From assembly GCA_045640265.1 (NCBI GenBank), contig JAZUES010000123.1, positions 1,873 to 65,872 on the forward strand: a DNA stretch of 64,000 nt, written 5' to 3'. The position numbers and the translations under genes are program-made. This document shows positions 48,849-58,176 of this stretch, piece by piece; within the stretch, counting starts at the first letter, position 1, and the number at the start of each line of letters is the position of its first letter. The stretch comes from Solibacillus sp. (GTDB taxonomy: Bacteria; Bacillota; Bacilli; Bacillales_A; Planococcaceae). The notes under the pieces are model-generated. The model saw nothing but the letters and a program-made list of their open reading frames with translations. It made no database searches and was not told the DNA's origin.

Positions 48849-49466
48849 TTAGGAATTCAATCGTTTTGATTTTCGTTTTCGTGATTCATACCAAATAACA
48901 CATACGACAAACCAAGTATATCCGAGGCTCCAACCTGCTAAAACATCTGTTGCAAAGTGACGACTCTCCGCAATTCTTGATAAGCCAATACAAATAAACA
49001 ACACAATTGCTACTAGCCAAGCAATCATCGCCTTTTTCTTACTAGCTGTTAGCTCAGAAAACAAATACGCTAACGTCAACAAGTAAAGTATACTCATTTG
49101 TGAATGCCCAGATGGGAAACTATAAGATGATAATTGATCAACGATTTCGGGTCTTGGTCTCTCAATGGTATTTTTTATTAGATTATTAAGGGTCGTTCCT
49201 GCCGCTAATGTCAATAATACAAATAACATGCCTCGATAATTTTGTTCACGAATCCATAAAAATAATAAAAGTGCTAGTGCCACGATTACAACAAAAACTG
49301 TTTCTCCTAAATAGTGAAATAAAATAATAAAGTCATTGCCACGTAAAGCTGCTGCTATTCGCTCATCGAATGCTTCAAAACTCGGTGCTTTAAAATTAAA
49401 CGCAATAATTAAAAAAACAGCAAGAGTAATAATCGCTAATGGGTAAGCCCATTTTTTCACGTTCAT
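48849..49466 (-). CDS. PAP2 family membrane phosphatase (YodM-like)
   Basis: K....RPRP, SFPSGH, SRI....H...DV.AG. Confidence 0.92.
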   Translation of the reverse strand: MNVKKWAYPLAIITLAVFLIIAFNFKAPSFEAFDERIAAALRGNDFIILFHYLGETVFVVIVALALLLFLWIREQNYRGMLFVLLTLAAGTTLNNLIKNTIERPRPEIVDQLSSYSFPSGHSQMSILYLLTLAYLFSELTASKKKAMIAWLVAIVLFICIGLSRIAESRHFATDVLAGWSLGYTWFVVCVIWYESRKRKSKRLNS

Positions 49467-49566
49467 TCCTACTTTCTAAAAAATCATTATAAATATTTTA
49501 ACATATCATACTTGAAACCATAAAAAAATCTACTTTGCTTCCTCAAAACAAAGTAGATGCATTCTT

Positions 49567-49899
49567 TTATTCTACTACGGAATAGTTCCCATGCTCCATG
49601 GAAATAACATATTCAGGTTTTGGTGGTTTACCACCGTGTTCCTTAATTTTCGCTTTATGTCCTGCAATATGTTCTGGGCTTGTTTCCCACGCTTTCCAAG
49701 CTGCTTCAGATTCCCAACGAATAATCATAACAACTTCTTCCTCACCACGGCGAACATTTTTTACAAGCAACTCACGACCGATAAAACCTTCTCGCTGTTC
49801 TAATTTAGATGGTCCTTGGTTTGGCTTTTTTCGGAAACGCTCAAGAACTTTGTCTGAATTACCTTCTGTTACTGTCCATTTACGAATTTGTACGAACAT
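49567..49899 (-). CDS. hmoA: Heme-degrading monooxygenase HmoA (ABM family)
   Basis: MFVQIRK.TV.EG..DKV.ERF, NVRRG.EEVV..IRWESE..WK.WE.S..HIAGHK closely matches B. subtilis HmoA/YetG. Confidence 0.85.
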   Translation of the reverse strand: MFVQIRKWTVTEGNSDKVLERFRKKPNQGPSKLEQREGFIGRELLVKNVRRGEEEVVMIIRWESEAAWKAWETSPEHIAGHKAKIKEHGGKPPKPEYVISMEHGNYSVVE

Positions 49900-49960
49900 A
49901 ATTATTCTCCCCTTTAGAAAGACACACATGATGATGTCCTTTATAATTTCCTATTTATTA

Positions 49961-49993
49961 AAAAGGGGCATGCCTCACTTGAGACATGCCCCC
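49961..49993 (-). terminator. Terminator after yclQ
   Basis: ggggcatg.ctca-ct-tgag.catgcccc with a T-run on the minus strand. Confidence 0.75.
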
Positions 49994-50011
49994 ATATTAA
50001 TTAAATTTAAA

Positions 50012-51049
50012 TTAGTTTAATTCGTTTAAGATTTCGTCTAATTTGTCCGCCTCAGTTGTAATACCGTTAGAAGAGAAGTACCAAGTAGTACCGTCTAAGT
50101 ACACGATTTTACCTTCTTTATATGCACGAGTTTGTTTAATGATATCATTTTCGATGTCCGCTTTAATTGTTTCTAAGTCAGAAGCTGTACGGTCAATAAC
50201 TAATAATACCTCTGGGTTTACAGAAAGGACAGACTCATAAGAGAAGTCAGAACCGTGTGATGATGATTTAATACTTTCAGTTGCAGGTTTGAAACCAAAG
50301 TCATTGTACACGTAAGCGAAGCGAGAATCTGGACCGTTATCGAAACCAGAGATTTTTTTGTCATTGTACATTGCTACTAAAGCATTTTCATAACCAGTAG
50401 CTTTCTCTTTTACTTGATCCACTTTAGCTTGTAAGTTTGCTTTTAACTCTTCTGCTTTTTCTTCTTTACCGAAGATTTGAGCTGCTAAGTCAACTGTTTC
50501 AAATACGCCATCGATGTATTTTTCGTTATCAGAACCAATGAATATTACGTTTGGTGTAATTTTTTTTAGTTCTTCATAGTAAGCTGTTTGACGACCTGAG
50601 ATGAAGATTGCATCTGGAGCTGCGGCTGCAACTTTTTCGAAGTCGATTGCTTTTAACGTACCAACGTCTGCTACTGCATCAGTTAAGTATTTTTCTTTTA
50701 AGTGTTCAGGGAAGTTACCTTTACCGCCATTTGCAGCGATACCAACGATACCTTCTACTCCTAGTGCATCAAGAGTATCTAAGAAACCATAGTCAAATAC
50801 TACGATGTTTTTTGGCATTTCTTTAAATGTTACATCTTCAAAAGTTACTGCTTTGCCTTCTTCAGTTTCATTACCTGTTGATAAAGATGAAACTGTCATT
50901 GGGAATACAGGAGTTTCAGCTTTAGCACCTGTAGTTTGTTCTGTTTGAGCTTGATCATCTGTTTCTTCTGTTGTTGATTCCTCATCTGAACCACATGCTG
51001 CTAACATTAATGTTAATGCTGTAGCCGTTAAAAATTTCCACTTCTTCAT
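50012..51049 (-). CDS. yclQ: Iron-siderophore ABC transporter binding lipoprotein (YclQ/FatB-like)
   Basis: Lipobox LAAC, VVFDYG.LDTLDALG, ISGRQ, SRF, S.HG, VIDR, WY; start ATG 51049. Confidence 0.88.
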   Translation of the reverse strand: MKKWKFLTATALTLMLAACGSDEESTTEETDDQAQTEQTTGAKAETPVFPMTVSSLSTGNETEEGKAVTFEDVTFKEMPKNIVVFDYGFLDTLDALGVEGIVGIAANGGKGNFPEHLKEKYLTDAVADVGTLKAIDFEKVAAAAPDAIFISGRQTAYYEELKKITPNVIFIGSDNEKYIDGVFETVDLAAQIFGKEEKAEELKANLQAKVDQVKEKATGYENALVAMYNDKKISGFDNGPDSRFAYVYNDFGFKPATESIKSSSHGSDFSYESVLSVNPEVLLVIDRTASDLETIKADIENDIIKQTRAYKEGKIVYLDGTTWYFSSNGITTEADKLDEILNELN

Positions 51050-51086
51050 GTTTCTAAATCCTCCTAAGTGTTTAATTACCACAAAC

Positions 51087-51148
51087 GATAGTGATAATCA
51101 TTTTCATTTGATTAATGCTAGTCTAAAACAACTGCCTAAAGTTGTCAA
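51087..51148 (-). promoter_or_regulatory. Internal SigA promoter and Fur box for yclQ
   Basis: GATAGTGATAATCATTTTC (51087-51105, 17/19 match to the Fur consensus); minus-strand TTGACA-N17-TAGACT (51148-51120). Confidence 0.85.
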
Positions 51149-51236
51149 TTATTTTCTTGAAATTAATACTCATTCTCAGTTAAACGCAAAGAATAAATGT
51201 ATAAGCGAGAAATATCTTATACATTTGTTGGGATAT

Positions 51237-52004
51237 TTATGAGTGTGAATTAAAGTAAACACAAATTCGACAACCATCTTGTTCTTGAACAGGTATATGC
51301 ATATCATACACATCACGAAGTGCTTCTGAGTTAATAATTTCGTGTGTAGGTCCGTCCTTAACTAGGCGTCCATCTTTTAGTGCCACAATACGATCTGAGT
51401 ATACCGATGCAAAATTAATATCATGTAATACGATAACAACTGTCTTACCTAGCTCATCCACAAGTTTTCGTAAAATCTTCATAATTTGTACAGAGTGTTT
51501 CATATCTAAGTTATTTAAAGGCTCATCAAGCAAAATATATTCTGTATCTTGCGCAATTACCATCGAAATGAACGCACGTTGCTTTTGTCCACCTGATAAC
51601 TCATCTAAATACTTATCCTGCATCTCTGTTAAATTCATATATTCTAATGCTTGATCAACAAATTTTTCATCTTCTGCATTTAAACGACCTTTTGAATACG
51701 GGTAACGACCAAAAGATACTAACTCACGAACCGTTAAGCGAATATTTAAATGGTTTGCCTGTTTTAATATGGCTACCCGTTTTGCGAACGCATCTGATTT
51801 CATTTTTTTCACATCAGTTTGGTCTAGAAGTACCTCGCCCGTATCCGCATCAAGTAGTCGACTTACCATGGATAATAGCGTCGATTTACCTGCCCCGTTT
51901 GGACCAATGAATGAAGTAATGGCTTTAGATTGAATTTTTAATGTTACATTTTCAACAACGTTTTTTTTCCCAAAGCTTTTAGAAAGCCCTTTAATTTCAA
52001 TCAT
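51237..52004 (-). CDS. yclP: Iron-siderophore ABC transporter ATPase
   Basis: GPNGAGKST, LSGGQ.QRAFI, LLDEPLNNLDMKH. Confidence 0.9.
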   Translation of the reverse strand: MIEIKGLSKSFGKKNVVENVTLKIQSKAITSFIGPNGAGKSTLLSMVSRLLDADTGEVLLDQTDVKKMKSDAFAKRVAILKQANHLNIRLTVRELVSFGRYPYSKGRLNAEDEKFVDQALEYMNLTEMQDKYLDELSGGQKQRAFISMVIAQDTEYILLDEPLNNLDMKHSVQIMKILRKLVDELGKTVVIVLHDINFASVYSDRIVALKDGRLVKDGPTHEIINSEALRDVYDMHIPVQEQDGCRICVYFNSHS

Positions 52005-52957
52005 CCTGCTTTCCTACTTTCCTTTAGTATTAAGTAAATAAAGTAAAGACCACCGATAAAGTTAATAATAACACTAATTGTTGTCGTTAAATGGAACACG
52101 TGCTGGACAAGAAATTGCCCACCGACTAACGCAATAATACTAATTAAACTTGCTCCTGCAATTAATACCGAATGCTTGTATGTGGAAAAAAATTGATACG
52201 ATAAATTGGAAACAATTAAACCTAAAAACGTAACAGGACCAACAAGTGCGGTTGATGTTGCGATTAAAATCGACGATAAAATTAATACTTTTAATACCAT
52301 TTTATCGTAACTAACGCCTAGGTTTATCGCTGAATCACGCCCTAAAGACATAACATCTAAATCACGTAATAATCGATACCCATAAATAAATGCCAGTCCA
52401 AGAATGACGAATGCAATTAATAATAGCTCTGTTTTAACATTCATAAAGCTTGCAAATAAGCGCGCTTGTAAACTTTCATATTCCACTGGGTCAATGATGA
52501 CTTGTAGGAATGTTACTAAGCTACCGAGTAATGTCCCAATGATCATCCCCGCTAATAATAGCAAGAAGATTGGATATTTATCTGCTCGGAATAAGAAGCG
52601 GTATAAAAATAATGCAAATAGAACCATTGCAACAATTGATAAACCAAAGTTTAAATAACGGCTTACAACGAAAATAGAAGCTGAGCCTAATGTAAAGTAT
52701 ATAATCGTTTGAACGACTTCATACATAGAATCAATCCCCATGACTGAAGGTGTTAATAAGCGGTTATGTGTAACTGTTTGGAAAATAACCGATGCAAAGG
52801 CGATGGCCGTACCTGTAATCACCATAGCAGCTAATCGTTCTAATCGCTTTGGAAATGCATAGCTAAATCCGCCTTGAATATTGTAAAACGCAAATAACGC
52901 CATAAAAATTAGCGCTATAACCGCCAAAATAATTAACTTAAACCTATTTTTTTGCAT
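52001..52957 (-). CDS. yclO: Iron-siderophore ABC permease (FecCD family)
   Basis: FQTVT.NR.LTPS.MG, LG...AINLGV, GP.TFLGL. Confidence 0.9.
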   Translation of the reverse strand: MQKNRFKLIILAVIALIFMALFAFYNIQGGFSYAFPKRLERLAAMVITGTAIAFASVIFQTVTHNRLLTPSVMGIDSMYEVVQTIIYFTLGSASIFVVSRYLNFGLSIVAMVLFALFLYRFLFRADKYPIFLLLLAGMIIGTLLGSLVTFLQVIIDPVEYESLQARLFASFMNVKTELLLIAFVILGLAFIYGYRLLRDLDVMSLGRDSAINLGVSYDKMVLKVLILSSILIATSTALVGPVTFLGLIVSNLSYQFFSTYKHSVLIAGASLISIIALVGGQFLVQHVFHLTTTISVIINFIGGLYFIYLILKESRKAG

Positions 52958-53900
52958 ATGCTTTCCCCCTAAATAACATAATTAAGAAGATTGCACTACC
53001 AATTACTGCAACGGTTGTATTCACTGGAATTTCAAATGGATGTACAATTAATCGGCTAATGATGTCACAAACTAATAAAAATGCAGCACCCATGAAAATT
53101 GTATGAGGAATTGTTTTTCGTAAATTATCCCCCAAATAAAGTGATACAAGGTTTGGTACGATTAATCCTAAAAAAGGAATCATCCCTACGGTTAAAATTA
53201 CCGTTGTAGAAATGACAGCTACGATGACTAAACCAATGTTCAACACTGTTCGATAGCTTAAACCTAAGTTTTTTGCGAAGTCTTCACCCATGCCTGCAAC
53301 AGTGAATTTATTTGCATAAATGTATGCAATAATGATGGCAGGTACTGCTACATAAAGTAATTCATAGCGACCTGATACGATTAATGTAAAACTTCCTAAA
53401 AAAAATGTCTCTACGTTTTGTAAAACATCGGCTTCATAACCGATAAATGTTGAGATTGCTCCGATAATATTACCGTACATAATCCCAATCAATGGGACGA
53501 AAATAACGTCTTTAAATTTAATGCGCTCAAGTAGCTTCATAAAGATAAATGTACCAATTAATGCAAATACAAAACTAAATATAATTTGTCCCATGTAAGA
53601 CACGCTTGTAAAGAAAACCATTGATACAATAACACCTAGTTTTGCAGCGTCAAGTGTACCCGCTGTTGTTGGCGATACGAACTTGTTTCGACTCAAACTT
53701 TGCATTATTAAACCAGCAATACTCATCCCTGCTCCTGCTAATATAATCGCTATTAATCGAGGTACACGACTCATTAAAAAGATTTGTGTCTTATCTGATT
53801 CCCAGTCAAGTAAGTCTGACGGTTTAATATCGATTGCCCCAATAAATAGAGATATAAAAGACAAGGTGATGGTTGCTGCAACTAGCACCCAAAGTCTCAT
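52944..53900 (-). CDS. yclN: Iron-siderophore ABC permease (FecCD family)
   Basis: SR.PR, MQ...RNKFVSPTTAGT, GMGEDF.KNLGL.Y, GDN. Confidence 0.9.
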   Translation of the reverse strand: MRLWVLVAATITLSFISLFIGAIDIKPSDLLDWESDKTQIFLMSRVPRLIAIILAGAGMSIAGLIMQSLSRNKFVSPTTAGTLDAAKLGVIVSMVFFTSVSYMGQIIFSFVFALIGTFIFMKLLERIKFKDVIFVPLIGIMYGNIIGAISTFIGYEADVLQNVETFFLGSFTLIVSGRYELLYVAVPAIIIAYIYANKFTVAGMGEDFAKNLGLSYRTVLNIGLVIVAVISTTVILTVGMIPFLGLIVPNLVSLYLGDNLRKTIPHTIFMGAAFLLVCDIISRLIVHPFEIPVNTTVAVIGSAIFLIMLFRGKAYAKK

Positions 53901-53940
53901 TTCATTCTCCCACTATTCTCTATATATTATTTTCCTCATT

Positions 53941-54003
53941 GAAAATGAGAATCAATTACATCATCTTTTTATTATATAGTTGCTAATAATGAAAATCAAT
54001 TAC
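53941..54003. promoter_or_regulatory. Two Fur boxes upstream of yclN
   Basis: GAAAATGAGAATCAATTAC (53941-53959) and AATAATGAAAATCAATTAC (53985-54003). Confidence 0.75.
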
Positions 54004-54152
54004 CCATATTAAAAATCAAGGTATATTAAAAACAAATTCGACAAAATAGCGTCTTTTTATGTGGTATAAATTATTCAAATAGAATACTCGATTTTACTTA
54101 TTGGTTACACATAAAAAAAGTACAAATCATCATTCGATTTGTACTTTCAACA

Positions 54153-55259
54153 TTAGTTATATTTCTTTTTATGAAAACTATATTTTTCTAATACGGTCCG
54201 ATTCACTTCATAACCTAATCCAATTTTTTCTGGAACGTTAATATAGCCATCCTCGACCGTCACTTCTGGTGTAATTAAATCCTCATGCCAGTAGCGCTCA
54301 GAAGCTGCTGTATCACCGGGCATTGTAAAATTCGATAAACTTGTTAGTGCAACGTTTTGTGCACGACCAATTCCTGCTTCAAGCATGCCACCACACCATA
54401 CTGGAACATCATGTTCAGCGCAGTAATCATGAATGCGCTTCGCTTCACTAATTCCTCCGACACGAGCTATTTTAATATTGATTACACCACAGCTCCCTAG
54501 CTCGATTGCTTTTCGCGTATCTTCTAGAGACGTAATACTCTCATCTAAACATATCGGTGTCTTGATTTGCTTTTGTAATGTGGCATGATCGATTAAATCA
54601 TCATGTGCCAATGGTTGCTCAATCATCATTAAATTGAACTCATCTAGCTTTTTTAAAAGCTCTATATCATGCAATGTATACGATGAATTTGCATCGGCCA
54701 TTAAGGGTACCTCTGGGAATGCCTTGCGAATTGTGCGTAACAATTCAATATCTTTCCCCGGCTTAATTTTTACTTTTATACGCTTATATCCTTGATCTAA
54801 AAAGCCTTGAATGGTTTGAATAAGCTGCTCATCAGATGGCTGTAATCCAATGCTAATTCCTACTTCAATTTTAGACTGTGTACCACCAATGGCTTTTGCT
54901 AAAGATTGGTTCGTATGTTGTGCAAATATATCCCATACCGCGCCTTCAATCGCTGCCTTCGCCATATTATTTCGGCGAATAGGTCGAAACTGTTCATACA
55001 CTTCATCTGGATGCTGTAATTCATAACCAAGTAATTTAGGAATCAAAAAGTCTTCAAGCATATGAAGGGTGGTTTTTAACGTTTCCTCTGTATAGGAAGG
55101 ATCTTCAAAAGCAACACCTTCCCCCCAACCAATTACACCTGATTCATCCTTTGCCTCAATTACTAAAAAACGTTTATTTTGCATCGAGCCTAAACTCGTT
55201 GTAAATGGTGTTTTCATACGCATCTCAACTTGATGAATTATAACTTCTACTAATTTCAT
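54153..55259 (-). CDS. menC: N-succinylamino acid racemase / o-succinylbenzoate synthase (NSAR/OSBS, enolase superfamily)
   Basis: PF.TS.G, KVKIKP, DAN, EQPL, LDESI, NIK..RVGG, WCGGMLE.GIGR, PGD..AS; no other men genes nearby. Confidence 0.88.
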   Translation of the reverse strand: MKLVEVIIHQVEMRMKTPFTTSLGSMQNKRFLVIEAKDESGVIGWGEGVAFEDPSYTEETLKTTLHMLEDFLIPKLLGYELQHPDEVYEQFRPIRRNNMAKAAIEGAVWDIFAQHTNQSLAKAIGGTQSKIEVGISIGLQPSDEQLIQTIQGFLDQGYKRIKVKIKPGKDIELLRTIRKAFPEVPLMADANSSYTLHDIELLKKLDEFNLMMIEQPLAHDDLIDHATLQKQIKTPICLDESITSLEDTRKAIELGSCGVINIKIARVGGISEAKRIHDYCAEHDVPVWCGGMLEAGIGRAQNVALTSLSNFTMPGDTAASERYWHEDLITPEVTVEDGYINVPEKIGLGYEVNRTVLEKYSFHKKKYN

Positions 55260-55295
55260 TTTATCAATCGCTCCTAGTTGTCCCTAAGGTTCACT

Positions 55296-56129
55296 TTACA
55301 GAGCAAATAAAGAACGTTTAACTAGTACATACTGACAAATCTGCTCATTTTCTTTCGATAAATGGATGATTTTATAGCCTTGTTCGAACATCGATTGCAA
55401 GATATGACGTGTTTTAAAGCGCCAATCTTCTGCAAGTGCTGGATTTTCGACTTTAATTTTTTGGAAATTTGTCGGAATTGGCATTGTATACGCATCATTG
55501 AACAATGCTTCATCGCCCTGAAAACTTTTTTCCTCGTCTAATACTGGCAACCCTGCTGTATTTAATGACCACTTTACAACAGGTTTTGCTTCCTCGATTA
55601 ACTCTTCTACTTTCGAATCCCAGCGCAAATAATCGTTATCGACTAATTGCCATTCTACATATAGACGATCCGTTGGTAAAGAGCGGTTAAATGGATCTTC
55701 CATTTCACCATAACAATTTGGAATATACGTATCACTGTAGCCACGTAGCTTTGAAAAATTCAAAAAACCACTGCGTGCCTCAAGAGGATCAAATGTCCAA
55801 CGGCAATTTCGGAAACCTCGTTCACTGGCAATATCTTTTAAGTAAATTTTCATAAGCTCTCCTACACCTTGCTCACGATAATTGCGCTTCACACCAAGCA
55901 TGTGTGAATATAAATATACTTTCTCCTCTTTAAAACCAGGGCAGCTATAATTGAAGCCAATTAATTCATCATTTAAATACGCCCCTAGTACAATTCCGCC
56001 ATTACGAATTGTCCCAATCGTCTGGTGGATTGGAATACTCCCAACTGCCCAAATTTCATGTTCTAGTTCTCTCGCTTCTTCTATTTGCTCAATCGTCGTT
56101 AATTCCTTTACCGTCACTGATTCTAACAT
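55296..56129 (-). CDS. GNAT family acyltransferase (D-amino acid N-succinyltransferase-like)
   Basis: GG..LGAY, YLYSHMLGV...R.QGVG..MK, WTFDPL, N..KL, YG.M.D, TDRL..EW; start ATG 56129 (RBS AGGGGA). Confidence 0.85.
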   Translation of the reverse strand: MLESVTVKELTTIEQIEEARELEHEIWAVGSIPIHQTIGTIRNGGIVLGAYLNDELIGFNYSCPGFKEEKVYLYSHMLGVKRNYREQGVGELMKIYLKDIASERGFRNCRWTFDPLEARSGFLNFSKLRGYSDTYIPNCYGEMEDPFNRSLPTDRLYVEWQLVDNDYLRWDSKVEELIEEAKPVVKWSLNTAGLPVLDEEKSFQGDEALFNDAYTMPIPTNFQKIKVENPALAEDWRFKTRHILQSMFEQGYKIIHLSKENEQICQYVLVKRSLFAL

Positions 56130-56330
56130 AATTTTGCCATCCCCTATCGTTACTTTTTGTAATCTAAGTTCATTGCATTTGTTAAAACATGTGTTTCTGT
56201 AATAAGTCGTTCTCATGGAATAACTTATTCGGTTGATGTAACCCTGGGAATAGTCCACATCCTCAAACTATGCTCTAATAGAAGGACGTTTCACCATATT
56301 AAGAAAGTTTGTTCAATTCCATTATATACC

Positions 56331-56348
56331 ACTTGAAACGTTTCAAGT
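56331..56348. promoter_or_regulatory. Perfect 18-bp palindromic operator next to the -10 of the GNAT-menC promoter
   Basis: ACTTGAAAC|GTTTCAAGT; minus-strand TATAAT at 56321-56326. Confidence 0.65.
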
Positions 56349-56439
56349 AGTTTACTTTTATTATTCCTTTCTATAAAAAAAAATAACCCCCTATTTATAG
56401 AAAGTTCTATAAATAAGGGGTTAATAACTTATTAATAAC

Positions 56440-57924
56440 TTATTTAATACCACGCATTGCTTTTGAAATGATTGGTGAAATTAATATAATAACAGCACCT
56501 AGGACAATTGAAAGGCCACCTAGTACACCAAAATACATTGTTTCAGAAACGTGTTCATAAACACGCACTAATTGTGCATTGATTGCTTGAGCAGCTGCAG
56601 AAGCTAAAAACCATAGTGCCATTGTTTGACCAGCGAATGCTGCAGGTGCAAGTTTTGTAGTAGCAGATAAACCAACCGGTGAAAGTAATAATTCCCCTAC
56701 TACTACTAAGAAGATCGATAAAATAACCCATAATGGATTTACTAACGCATCTTCTGGAGTTAATACAATCGCAGCAATCATAATGATGAATGAAATCCCT
56801 GAGAAGAATAATGCCATTGCAAACTTCTTAGGAGTTGATGGTCCACGATTACCTAACTTCGTCCAAAGAACTGCAAATAATGGGGCCATTGCAATGATGA
56901 ATAATGGGTTAAATGATTGGAACCATGCTGCTGGAATATCAAAGCCACCCAGCGTTAAGTTTGTACGTGTATCAATAAATGTTGCAAGTATTGTAGATGA
57001 TTGCTCTGCGATAGCCCAGAACATTACCGCACAAATGAATAACGGAATGTACGCTAATAAACGAGATTTTTCATCTGCATTTGTTTTTGGACTACGGTAC
57101 ATAAACGCAATAAATACTGTAGGAATTAAAATACCTAGTGCTGTAATTAATAATGAGAAGTTTTCGACGTTCGCATTACCTGTCATATAAGCAATGACAC
57201 CTAAAATAACTACGATTAAACCACCCACACTAAAGTTACGTACTGCTTTTTTCTTTTCAGCAGCATTCATTGGGTTTGTAGGTACTGAACCTGCTAAGCC
57301 AAGATTTTTTTGTGATTTCCAGAATACCAATAAACCAAGGAACATACCTACCGCTGCAACTGAGAAACCTGCATGGAAGCCCCAGTTTTTTTGGAATAGT
57401 CCAACAAGTAAAGGTGCGATGAAGCTACCCATGTTGATACCCATATAGAAGATAGAGAACCCTGAATCACGACGAGGGTCATTTTCTGCGTATAAATCTC
57501 CGACAACTGATGATACGTTTGGCTTCAATAAACCTGTACCAATAATGATGAAGAACATTGAAGCATAAAGTGCTGATACGCCTAATGGAAGTGCCAATAA
57601 AATATGGCCAATCATAATTAGAATACCGCCATAGAACACGGCTTTCCTCGTACCAGTAATTCGGTCAGAAATCCAACCACCAATAATACCGGACATGTAA
57701 ATTAACGATCCGTAAATCGACATAATAATATTTGCTTGTGTACGATCTAAACCTAACCCACCATCTTTAAGTGCATAATACATATAGAAGATGAGGATAG
57801 CACGCATACCATAATATGAGAATCGTTCCCAAAACTCTGTAAAGAATAAAGTAAATAGCCCTTTAGGTTGTCCTACAAAGCCTGTCTGGGGAACAGATTT
57901 CACGATTTCCTCTTTAGAATACAT
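56440..57924 (-). CDS. dtpT: Di-/tripeptide:H+ symporter (POT family)
   Basis: EFWERFSYYGM, GTGLLKPN, FYMGIN.G, FQS.NP, ELLLSPVGLS; start ATG 57924. Confidence 0.94.
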   Translation of the reverse strand: MYSKEEIVKSVPQTGFVGQPKGLFTLFFTEFWERFSYYGMRAILIFYMYYALKDGGLGLDRTQANIIMSIYGSLIYMSGIIGGWISDRITGTRKAVFYGGILIMIGHILLALPLGVSALYASMFFIIIGTGLLKPNVSSVVGDLYAENDPRRDSGFSIFYMGINMGSFIAPLLVGLFQKNWGFHAGFSVAAVGMFLGLLVFWKSQKNLGLAGSVPTNPMNAAEKKKAVRNFSVGGLIVVILGVIAYMTGNANVENFSLLITALGILIPTVFIAFMYRSPKTNADEKSRLLAYIPLFICAVMFWAIAEQSSTILATFIDTRTNLTLGGFDIPAAWFQSFNPLFIIAMAPLFAVLWTKLGNRGPSTPKKFAMALFFSGISFIIMIAAIVLTPEDALVNPLWVILSIFLVVVGELLLSPVGLSATTKLAPAAFAGQTMALWFLASAAAQAINAQLVRVYEHVSETMYFGVLGGLSIVLGAVIILISPIISKAMRGIK

Positions 57925-57945
57925 AGAAATAGCCTCCAATTAATA

Positions 57946-57960
57946 AATATTCCGACAATT
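57946..57960. promoter_or_regulatory. Probable CodY box upstream of dtpT
   Basis: AATATTCCGACAATT, 3 mismatches to AATTTTCWGAAAATT. Confidence 0.5.
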
Positions 57961-58176
57961 GAGTTCGATGTCGGACGTCTGAATAATGTATTTACACTTT
58001 AACGCACCAGTCTATTAAAATCAATGACTTTTCAAAATGTTATAATTTTGAGTTTTTTCTTTATTTTCTAATAATTTAAATAAAATTTTATCATTTATCG
58101 TTAGTTTCAACAATAAAAAAAGGGAGTCATGCAAGTTATACTTACATAACTACCCCTATATGTTCCGCTCTAACAA

